Assembly (NCBI GenBank): GCA_963851055.1
Contig: CAWKMY010000006.1
Span: forward strand, 14,663 to 78,662
Origin: an uncultured bacterium
GTDB taxonomy: Bacteria; Patescibacteriota; Minisyncoccia; Phycocordibacterales; PALSA-1337
DNA: 64,000 nucleotides
Direction of reading: 5' to 3'
The translations under genes and the position numbers were made by a program. Below, one piece after another: positions 40,657 through 49,176 of this stretch. The notes under the pieces were generated by a model. The model saw only the letters and a program-made list of their open reading frames with translations, was not told where the DNA came from and made no database searches. The first letter of the stretch is position 1. Each line of letters opens with the position of its first letter.

Positions 40657-42802
40657 TTACTTCCTCTTCTCCTTTATACCCTCTGCAACGTTAGCCGGAA
40701 CGACTTCATAGTGATCGAATTCCATCTGAGCAGAACCTTGGCCGGAAGTCATGGAACGAAGAGCCGTGGTATAGCCGAACATCTCTGACAATGGAACCTT
40801 GGCGATGATAGAGATGACTTGGCCCTTTGGATTGGAGCCCTCGATGGTACCGCGCTTGGAAGCAATGGAACCATTGACGTCACCCATGTACTTCTCCGGA
40901 CAGACGACTTCGAGCTTCATGATAGGTTCGAGAATGACAGGCTTGGCGCGCTTGGCTGCATCTTGGAAAGCCTGGGAAGCGGCTATCTTGTAAGCGATCT
41001 CTGATGAGTCAACGTCGTGGTAAGAACCGAAAGTGAGCTCGCAGGAAATGTTAACAAGTTTGAAACCGGCGACGATACCGCGATCGAGTGCCTCACGAAC
41101 ACCTTTCTCGACGGCTGGAATAAATTCATTCGGAATGACGCCGCCTTTGATGGAGTTGATGAATTCAAAATCATCATAGCGGTGAACTGTCTTGGGTATC
41201 TTCTCCCCTTCCGGCCATGGTTCCATAGGTTTCGAGAGTCAGACGGACGTGACCGTATTGACCCTTGCCTCCGGTCTGCTTGATATATTTGTGTTCAGCT
41301 TCAGCGGTGCCGAGGATGGTCTCACGATATGCTACCTGTGGCTCACCGACATTGGCTTCAACGCCAAATTCGCGCTTCATACGATCCACCATGATCTCGA
41401 GGTGAAGTTCTCCCATGCCTGAAATAATAGTCTCGCCTGTTTCCTGGTTGCTGGAGATACGGAATGTTGGGTCTTCATTGCCGAGCTTGCGCAGAGCCAA
41501 GCCCATTTTCTCCTGATCAGCCTTGGTCTTCGGCTCGATGCGTAGAGACACAACCGGTTCCATGAATTTGATAACTTCGAGGACTATCGGGTGTTCCTCA
41601 TCGCAGAAAGTATTGGAAGTGAGGGCGTCTTTCAGTCCTACGGCGGCAGCGATCTCTCCGGCAAAGACTTTCTTGACCTCTTCACGCTTGTCGGCTTGGA
41701 GGCGGACGATACGACCGAGGCGTTCCTTCTTGCCAGTGGTGGAATTGTAAATATATGAACCAGCTTCTATGGTTCCGGAATAGACACGGAAGAATGTCAG
41801 AGCTCCGACGAATGGATCATTCTGAAGTTTGAATGCCAAGGCGGAAAAAGGTTCTTTGTCATCTGCGTGGCGGAGTATCTCTTCGCCTGTATTCGGGTCA
41901 ATACCCTTTATTGGAGGCATATCTAGAGGCGAAGGCAGGTAGTCGACGACGGCATCGAGAACGAGTTGAACGCCTATATTCTTCAAGGCGGAACCAGTGA
42001 AGACTGGGAACATCTTGTTGTCTATGACGGCACGGCGGACGATTTTCTTGAGCTCATCAACCGAAGGAGTTTTACCATCGAGATAAGAGGCCATGGCCAC
42101 ATCATCATGCTCGACGATCTTTTCTATGAGCTCGGCATGATATTTCTTTGCATCGGCGGCGAGTTCATCAGGAATCTCTTTTTCAACTATTTTATTTCCC
42201 ATTTCTCCCTCGAAATAGTATGCCTTCATCTTTAGAAGATCGACTACCCCAATGTGATTGCCCTCTGTGCCTATAGGGAGCTGGAAACGAACGGCCTTCG
42301 GACTCAACCTTTCGAGAATTGATTTGAATGAAAATTCGAAAGAAGCTCCCATGCGGTCCATTTTATTGATGAAACAAAGACGTGGCACATTGCCTTCGTC
42401 GGCATAGCGCCAGTTGGTCTCTGACTGTGGTTCAACGCCGGCAACGCCGTCGAAAACCACAACTGCTCCGTCGAGTACGCGTAGAGACCTTTTCACTTCT
42501 ACAGTGAAGTCGATGTGTCCAGGAGTGTCGATGATGTTGAAGCGAACCATCTTCGACTTATCGGTCGGAGGCATGTATGACGGATTCCAGAAACAAGTGA
42601 TAGCGGCAGCCGTGATGGTGATACCGCGCTCGCGCTCCTGTTCCATCCAGTCTGTGACAGTGTCACCTTCGTGCACTTCACCGATCTTGTGCGTCATTCC
42701 TGTATAGAAAAGAATACGCTCTGATGTAGTCGTCTTGCCCGCATCGATGTGGGCAATGACTCCGAAGTTACGTACTTGAGAGAGTGGGTAGTCGCGGTTC
42801 AT
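40657..42802 (-). CDS. fusA: Elongation factor G (apparent frameshift near 41231)
   Basis: AHIDAGKTT, ERGITI, DTPGH, GMGELHL, GSYHDVDSSE; removing one A from CTCGAAACCT joins the two ORFs. Confidence 0.97.
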
Positions 42803-42945
42803 GGTGGTTTTGGCTTATAAAGCTAGTAAATTATTGGGTTAAATTAAAAAAGCTGAGAGGCTTTAATGAATAGTACGATACAGGAAAACCGAAGAATAAT
42901 CAAATAATATCGCCATGGCTCATTTCCACCACTTGAGCCACAAGG

Positions 42946-43197
42946 TTATTTCTTGTAATGATTGGTGATACTGAACACTTCAATCACTTCCTTCTTAGCA
43001 AAAAAGAATAATGCGCGGTATTTACGATCAATCCTGAATGAATAGATGCCGTGCCACTTCGGCTCCAAAAGCTCCACATTGAGAGAGGGGTGTCTAGTAT
43101 TTGATTGGAGTAGCGCCGACGCTTTCTTATATTTGGAAATTAGCTTGCGCGCGACAAGATACTCTACCAAATCCTGACGAAGAGGCTTGACCTTCAT
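42946..43197 (-). CDS. RelE/YoeB-family toxin
   Basis: HPSLNVELL, IYSFRIDRKYRA, ITNHY. Confidence 0.8.
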   Translation of the reverse strand: MKVKPLRQDLVEYLVARKLISKYKKASALLQSNTRHPSLNVELLEPKWHGIYSFRIDRKYRALFFFAKKEVIEVFSITNHYKK

Positions 43198-43208
43198 ACG
43201 CTAAATGA

Positions 43209-43418
43209 TTATTTGGCATATGAAGACTTACGCAGGCCGGATTCAAGGTCGGAAATAAATTCTCTTGAATAAAGTCCTGATGCGCGGAAATCTTCGACCA
43301 CGGTCTTGATCGGATCTTTTATAAGCAATTCAAAAAGGCGAGCCGCTACGGCATGGTAGGCTTTAGCTTCTTTCTTTAGCTTGGTATATTCGGTTTTCTG
43401 GATGGTTATTCTGCTCAT
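43209..43418 (-). CDS. Putative cognate type II antitoxin
   Basis: Small ORF 11 bp upstream of the toxin; ITIQKTEYTKL and YSREFISDLESGL. Confidence 0.65.
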   Translation of the reverse strand: MSRITIQKTEYTKLKKEAKAYHAVAARLFELLIKDPIKTVVEDFRASGLYSREFISDLESGLRKSSYAK

Positions 43419-43524
43419 AATTCAATATTATCACTTGGAACAAATCACGACAAGCCATGGCCTATGTTTGATATCACAAATTGTGACTTCAAACAGATGG
43501 CCCAGTTGAGCGACCTCTCGAAAT

Positions 43525-43995
43525 CTACCAAGCAAAGTGAGCAAAAGCCTTGTTGGCTTCGGCCATCTTGTGAACGTTCTCGCGCTTCTTGACGGCTTCG
43601 CCTTCATTCTTTGAGGCGGCGATGATCTCATCGGCGAGTTTGAGGTGCATAGGCTTGCCCTTCTTTCCGCGAGCTGCTTCTACGATCCATTTCATTGAGA
43701 GTGAATTCTTGCGCTCCGGACGGACTTCGCGAGGAACCTGATAGTTGGCGCCACCGACACGGCGTGAGCGGACTTCCATAGCTGGAGTTGTGTTCTTGAG
43801 AGCCAATTCGAAGACTTCTATAGGATTCTCTACTTTGGCTTGGACCTTGATAGCATCCATGCAGCTGTAGACGATATCGCGAGCAGTATTCTTCTTGCCC
43901 TCTTGCATGACATAGTTGATGAGCTTGGCTACTTTCAGAGAATCGAATGTCGAATCGGGCTTGAGATCTCTTTTTATGTTTGTTTTTCTGCGCAT
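43525..43995 (-). CDS. rpsG: 30S ribosomal protein S7
   Basis: [28 protein letters not shown]. Confidence 0.98.
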   Translation of the reverse strand: MRRKTNIKRDLKPDSTFDSLKVAKLINYVMQEGKKNTARDIVYSCMDAIKVQAKVENPIEVFELALKNTTPAMEVRSRRVGGANYQVPREVRPERKNSLSMKWIVEAARGKKGKPMHLKLADEIIAASKNEGEAVKKRENVHKMAEANKAFAHFAW

Positions 43996-44032
43996 GATAG
44001 TTAAATGAAAATGGAAAAAGCAAAATGGAAAA

Positions 44033-44455
44033 TTAAGCAACCTTAGCGGCCTTTGGCTTCTTGTTTCCGTATTGGCTGCGACCTTTGCGACGCTTCTCTA
44101 CTCCGGCGCAGTCCAGGACTCCGCGGACGATGGAATAGCGCAAACCTACGTCCTTGACGCGACCTCCACGAAGGAGGACGACGGCGTGTTCCTGTAGATT
44201 ATGACCTTCACCCGGGACATATGCTGTGACTTCGACGCCGTTAGAAAGGCGTACGCGAGCAATCTTGCGGATAGCGGAGTTAGGCTTCTTTGGAGTCTTT
44301 GTCGTGACTTTCACGCATACACCACGCTTGAAAGGCGCAGGGAAAAAGCTCGGACGATTCTCGATCGAGTTGAAGGTGCGGGTGAGAGCGATAGACTTTG
44401 ACTTCCTCTTGAAAGTCTTGCGGCTTCTCTTTGTGAGCTGATTAATTGTTGGCAT
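44033..44455 (-). CDS. rpsL: 30S ribosomal protein S12
   Basis: [24 protein letters not shown]. Confidence 0.98.
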   Translation of the reverse strand: MPTINQLTKRSRKTFKRKSKSIALTRTFNSIENRPSFFPAPFKRGVCVKVTTKTPKKPNSAIRKIARVRLSNGVEVTAYVPGEGHNLQEHAVVLLRGGRVKDVGLRYSIVRGVLDCAGVEKRRKGRSQYGNKKPKAAKVA

Positions 44456-44739
44456 AGTTTGTTAGTAATTCGTAAACAGTAAACTGTAAACGGAAAGTGT
44501 TGTTCTCTGTTTACGGTCTACTGATTACCGTTTACTGCGATTTTTCCGTTTGAATTTTTTCATCATTTTCAGCTCGAGCGAGCTTGAATGATTACTCATA
44601 CGGAACTAGTAATTAAATTGTAGCCCCCTTGGGCAGTGGGGAGACTTTAGCATAGAAGAGATTCTCTGGCAAATCTGAATTGAATCCTCCAGCGCATTCA
44701 AAATTTGCCGATAACTGCGGATAGTTTCCAAACAGCTAT

Positions 44740-45381
44740 TTAATTTGGTAATCTTGGAATAACTACTTTTGCAATATTTTCAGCCTTAGACAGATTCTGA
44801 TCTACTATACCGGGTTCATAAACATATATGATACCTATTGTCTTTCCAATGGCAAAATATAGCACCACCTTATTATTTAGAGACCTCCATGCAGCTTGAT
44901 CACCGATTCCTGATATCTGAGTCAGATATAAGGGGCTCGACTTAGCGTAAGTATTCAAAATAATATTAAAATCCTGGGAATTAGCATTCGCAGAAAGTAT
45001 CTCGAGGCTTGCCGCTAGGGTTTTATCTTGAACTGGCGTTGAACTATTGACAGATCCGTATCCATAAACACATACTTGATCGGTATTCTGATATAAATAC
45101 AAGGATTTTTCACTAAGAATCGACTTTGCATCTGCAAGAGTAAAGTAATCGCAAGTATTGTTACTCCAAGTCTTAGGCGCGTTAGTTGTCGGTGAATTGA
45201 CAGCTTCTGTTGGTGGTTGTGACTGGGAGTTAGTATTTATTTGAACTGGAGAATTAACTGGCACCTGTTCTTTTTGTGCAGAGTTATTTCTTAGATAAAA
45301 ATAACCTCCGATACTTAGAATAATAATAGTAAGAACTACTATAGCCCATATCGCAGCTGAGCCTTTTTGTGAGTTTTTCAT
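44740..45381 (-). CDS. Membrane-anchored hypothetical protein with prepilin-like leader
   Basis: MKNSQKG followed by a hydrophobic helix; AT-rich. Confidence 0.6.
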   Translation of the reverse strand: MKNSQKGSAAIWAIVVLTIIILSIGGYFYLRNNSAQKEQVPVNSPVQINTNSQSQPPTEAVNSPTTNAPKTWSNNTCDYFTLADAKSILSEKSLYLYQNTDQVCVYGYGSVNSSTPVQDKTLAASLEILSANANSQDFNIILNTYAKSSPLYLTQISGIGDQAAWRSLNNKVVLYFAIGKTIGIIYVYEPGIVDQNLSKAENIAKVVIPRLPN

Positions 45382-45391
45382 GATAAATACA

Positions 45392-46050
45392 TTATACAGC
45401 AACGAATATATAAAAGTAAATATTCACATCGCCACCCCAGTAAACAATTGAAACACCCACGGAATTATCGGCGCCACTACTTGCCAGAGAAAAAAAATGA
45501 CAATTAGAGCAAAAATCGGTGAATTCCTTTCCATCGTCATTCTTACTCGGCCATATTGATTGGGTAAAACGAAAAGAGCAATTTGGAACCATCAAGCGGC
45601 GGCAGATGGAATGAAATTAAAGACAGCTAAGATAATATTGATAATAACTATATAAGAAATGATCGTAATAAAAGGCGCCAACGAAGTGGCAGAAGCAGCA
45701 TCAGTTATTCCGCCAGCGACAAAGCGCAAATAGTCCCAAAAACCAAAGCAATCAGAAGATTCGAAGCTGGCCCAGCAGCCGCGATGAGGAATTCACCTTG
45801 GCGTTTATTCTTGAGATTATATGGATTGTAAGGAACAGGCTTGGCCCAACCAAACGTGGAGCCTGAGTAAGCGAGGTGATAAGAGGCACTATTATAGAAC
45901 CGAGCGGATCTATATGTTTGAGCGGATTCAAAGTCAGCCTGCCAGCCAATCGCGCCGTAGGATCACCCAGCGGTCAGCCATATAGCCATGGGAAAGCTCG
46001 TGAAGGATGACGGATATTATGAGAATGACTATAGATAATATAGTAAGCAT
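45392..46050 (-). pseudogene. Site-2 protease (M50) family gene, multiply frameshifted
   Basis: [39 protein letters not shown] and VFNFIP fragments lie in different frames. Confidence 0.75.
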
Positions 46051-46099
46051 GATTGTTGACCTCCAAACCAATCAATGATAGCATACGATTCTCACTCTT

Positions 46100-46345
46100 A
46101 TGGCAAAAGTATGCGACATAACAAAGGTAGGCTCGGTCGTCGGCGGCCGCTACTCCAATAGGACTCGCGCAACGCAGTTCAATCCCTGCGGCAATATTCG
46201 TCGTTACCCAAATCTCCAGAAGAAAAAGATCTATGTGCCAGAACTGAAGAAGTCATTCTCCTTGACCGTCTCCGCTCGCGGCCTCCGCACCATCCAGAAG
46301 AAAGGACCATTCCGAGCTCTCAAGGATGCGGGGATAATAAAATAA
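46100..46345 (+). CDS. rpmB: 50S ribosomal protein L28
   Basis: MAKVCDIT, RRYPNLQKK, VSARGLRTI. Confidence 0.92.
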   Translation: MAKVCDITKVGSVVGGRYSNRTRATQFNPCGNIRRYPNLQKKKIYVPELKKSFSLTVSARGLRTIQKKGPFRALKDAGIIK

Positions 46346-46387
46346 GTTTGGTTTGACTTTAATCATAAAACTGCTTACACTTATAGC

Positions 46388-46493
46388 AGTTAACTCTGAC
46401 GCCAGGAAATCGGCTTAGCTGGATATCTCCCGAATAAATGAGGGAGTAGCAAATGAGGGGATACCATTATGGTGCCGTCCCTCCAGAGATATC
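46388..46493 (+). ncRNA. Candidate antisense RNA overlapping the 3' end of toxin 46467-46895
   Basis: TTGACT(46353-46358)-17-TACACT(46376-46381); GATATCTC/GAGATATC stem (46422-46429/46486-46493) enclosing a GAGGGGA..TCCCTC hairpin. Confidence 0.6.
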
Positions 46494-46895
46494 ATACATT
46501 TTCTCATAGGTTCTCGGATCTATGATAAATGCGGAAACGACCTGATTCTCTGAACCAGGCGTTTTTGTTATCTCAAGAACTACTCCATAATTTCTACTAA
46601 TTTTCCGTGTTAGGATAAAACTATTATCTCGTTTTAGAAAATTGTTGACTATCTTTTCGGGCATATTTAGAACCACTGGAATTATACTTATAACTTCATC
46701 GGCCTTATTTCCTCTACTGTCGATGATATGCTTGAGAGCTCTTCTGGAAATATATACCCCACGGGATTTAGACCCGATAACTTGTGCCGTGCAGTATGAG
46801 ATGAATGCCACACTAAATATTCGGAGTGGATCGGGAATGGCCTCACCAACACTGATGTTCTTAAGCTCCTCAATTATTTCATCCGGTATACTCAT
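46467..46895 (-). CDS. Putative BECR-fold (PBECR-like) RNase/toxin
   Basis: VYISRRALKHI, IPVVLNMPEKI, VVSAF pattern; similar to 48733-49176. Confidence 0.6.
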   Translation of the reverse strand: MSIPDEIIEELKNISVGEAIPDPLRIFSVAFISYCTAQVIGSKSRGVYISRRALKHIIDSRGNKADEVISIIPVVLNMPEKIVNNFLKRDNSFILTRKISRNYGVVLEITKTPGSENQVVSAFIIDPRTYEKMYDISGGTAP

Positions 46896-46905
46896 GTATT
46901 TATGT

Positions 46906-47838
46906 TCATTGAGAAATACCGATGTCAATTCCATCTGACTCTATTTTCACAGTCCCTTTCTCTTTTACATTGAAACGTTTGTCGTCGAGTATGAAATAAA
47001 GTGGATCAACTTTTTTGGCCACAGACTTTTTGGTCCCGCTAGTTATAGATTGCGAATAAACCAAATATTCAGGACGCATTTTATTCATTAGCTCAGCTGA
47101 TAAAGAGCCGGCCAATGCGCTATTCGGCATAACCAAAACATTTGCGCGCAATGAATTTGAACCAAATTGATCAGATGAAGATGCCGCCGAAACCAAAAAC
47201 TTTTGCACTTTGGTCGTTGCATTTCCGAGTAACATAACTGAAGTCTGGCCGTATGAAATTTTCATTATAATCTCCGGCGCGCTTGCATTTGAATACGCAA
47301 ATAAAGATGGCGGTGCTGGAAAAAGAACACCCGCTTTTACCGGCTCTCCCCCGATTCTCTGTCCAAAATCGAGCACATCCCCAGCCGAAACCTCCTCCAT
47401 AGGCACCTTTAATTGCTTAACCGTATCGAGAAAAGTCTGATATATCTGACCTGTCGAACTAGCTAGACCCAAAGCCTGTAATGAAACGCCCGGCACAACG
47501 ACTTTATCGACAGAGTATCGTTCCAAAACATCGATAAGCCCCGAGACATCCTTGTCGTCAGCGTCAGTGGCAATAACTACGTCGATCCGACGCGAATAGA
47601 AAGGCAGAATGTCCGTCAATTCACGGATGACTTCGGAATTCGCTCCGCCATTTATCAAAATCCTTTTATCATCGGGTGTGCGGACGAAGACTGATGAACC
47701 GCTTTTCAGGTTGAAGACGTATACCTCAAGGATGGGCAGACGATGTTCTTCTCGCCACGCATAACCGGCAATGCCGCAGGCTAGAGTCGCGGCTGTGGCA
47801 CCGATCAAGAACGGTTTGGACATGATTTTGACTGTCAT
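46906..47838 (-). CDS. ComEC/Rec2 metallo-beta-lactamase-like domain protein with degenerate metal sites
   Basis: RILINGG, LPFYSRRIDVVIAT, SYGQTSVMLLGNA, GTVKIESDG; the HxHxDH motif reads DADDKD. Confidence 0.75.
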   Translation of the reverse strand: MTVKIMSKPFLIGATAATLACGIAGYAWREEHRLPILEVYVFNLKSGSSVFVRTPDDKRILINGGANSEVIRELTDILPFYSRRIDVVIATDADDKDVSGLIDVLERYSVDKVVVPGVSLQALGLASSTGQIYQTFLDTVKQLKVPMEEVSAGDVLDFGQRIGGEPVKAGVLFPAPPSLFAYSNASAPEIIMKISYGQTSVMLLGNATTKVQKFLVSAASSSDQFGSNSLRANVLVMPNSALAGSLSAELMNKMRPEYLVYSQSITSGTKKSVAKKVDPLYFILDDKRFNVKEKGTVKIESDGIDIGISQ

Positions 47839-47860
47839 GCACCCCAGTCTACAGACCCGA

Positions 47861-47921
47861 GATAAAGAAACGCTCAAAAAGAAATCAAAAAACGCCTAAT
47901 TTTCGCTCAAAATTCGCCTAA
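47861..47921 (-). promoter_or_regulatory. 11-bp-phased operator-like array, copy C
   Basis: Minus strand TTAGGCGAATT TTGAGCGAAAA TTAGGCGTTTT TTGATTTCTTT TTGAGCGTTTC TTTATC, then TAGACT (47851-47846) and ATG 47838. Confidence 0.85.
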
Positions 47922-47997
47922 GAAAGGCCAAAAATGTTAAAATTACTTGGTAAAATCTAAATACTGACACATTAATACCAATAACGAGAATTATTTT

Positions 47998-48582
47998 ATG
48001 AAAACATTTACCGCAAAATCTTTTAATATTCCGGTTCTAAAGGGCATTTCGGCGAAGACCATAGCTGAACACATAAAGCTGTACGAAGGATACGTCAAGC
48101 ATTTGAATCTCGTACATGAGATCGTGGAAAACCAGGATAATCCTGAATACGCACGTAGAGAAACATACCGCAGACAAGCATTTGAATTCGACGGCATGCG
48201 TAACCATGAATATTACTTTGGAAGCCTTGAAGGTGGTCCGCATGAGATTTCCAAAGATTCAGCCCTATACAAGAAAATAATCGAGTGGACCGGCTCTTTC
48301 GAACTATTCATGAAAATATTTAGCAACCTCGCTACTACAAGAGGTGTTGGATGGGCAATGCTAGGCTACGATAAACAAGATGATACGTTGATCCAATATT
48401 GGGTTGACGAACAGCACCTAGGACATTTGGTAGGAGTCAGCCCAATAATTGCCCTCGACATGTGGGAACACTCGTATGTCGCCGACTATCAGCCGTCAGG
48501 CAAGAAGCAATATGTCGAAGACTTTTTCGCTAATCTAAATTGGGAAGTGGTGGAGGAGAATTTTAAGGCGGCGAGGAAGTAA
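47998..48582 (+). CDS. Fe/Mn superoxide dismutase family protein
   Basis: NHEYYF, GVGWA, LDMWEHSY. Confidence 0.9.
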   Translation: MKTFTAKSFNIPVLKGISAKTIAEHIKLYEGYVKHLNLVHEIVENQDNPEYARRETYRRQAFEFDGMRNHEYYFGSLEGGPHEISKDSALYKKIIEWTGSFELFMKIFSNLATTRGVGWAMLGYDKQDDTLIQYWVDEQHLGHLVGVSPIIALDMWEHSYVADYQPSGKKQYVEDFFANLNWEVVEENFKAARK

Positions 48583-48631
48583 AGACTACTACTCATTGAC
48601 ATCACCCCTTTATTTGTCCTACACTTATGCC

Positions 48632-48788
48632 AGTGAAATACCTTGAGAGTTTCGAGATTCTCTAAGAGCGGAAAATTCGGGTCGGCCGCCAGCGTTCGCT
48701 TTACCGCGAATATGCAGTATGGAGGGATCGCCTCACGAAAGTGAGCCGCCCGTCCTCCAGAGAATCTCAAAGTTCTTGAGGTATTTTT
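48632..48788 (+). ncRNA. Candidate antisense RNA overlapping the 3' end of toxin 48733-49176
   Basis: TTGACA(48596-48601)-18-TACACT(48620-48625); 28-bp closing stem (48636-48663/48759-48786) with four G-U pairs on +; CTCAC-GAAA-GTGAG tetraloop. Confidence 0.7.
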
Positions 48789-49176
48789 CGTCCGTGACAA
48801 AAGATGTGACCAGAATCACGCCTCTCTCAAGAAATTCAATTACGATTATATGCGGCTCTCTTTTCTTGCCCTGATTGAAAAATTTTGCAGAAAGTAACCG
48901 AGTCTTCTTTCCCCGGAAAATAACATCTGGATATTCGAGGATATTTGGAATAATTCCGAGCAATCTTTTACCCTCTACTCCCTTTTCGGCAAGATGTTTT
49001 AGTGTACGTCGAGTAAAAAATGCCTGTAACTTTCCTCTAGAAAAAATCTGCATAATTACAGGGTGTACAGAAAAACCAGTCTGGATTAATTCATCAGGCC
49101 TATCAATCAAAATCCCTTTCGGAATTTTTTGGAATTCGTAAAAAATTGACCGTAAAGGTGTGGTGTGCTTATTCAT
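48733..49176 (-). CDS. Putative BECR-fold (PBECR-like) RNase/toxin
   Basis: FFTRRTLKHL, IPNILEYPDVI, LVTSF; start overlaps the comEC stop codon. Confidence 0.6.
   Translation of the reverse strand: MNKHTTPLRSIFYEFQKIPKGILIDRPDELIQTGFSVHPVIMQIFSRGKLQAFFTRRTLKHLAEKGVEGKRLLGIIPNILEYPDVIFRGKKTRLLSAKFFNQGKKREPHIIVIEFLERGVILVTSFVTDEKYLKNFEILWRTGGSLS

Noticed and set aside
31305-42802. Split rplC and fusA as programmed frameshifts or pseudogenes
   Set aside because: Each is repaired by removing one A from a short A run in an essential gene. Similar 1-nt insertions affect smpB and the surface protein, so sequencing indels are the simplest explanation.
45392-46050. Site-2 protease as a definite biological pseudogene
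   Set aside because: Several frameshifts are present, but they cannot be separated from local low sequence quality without reads.
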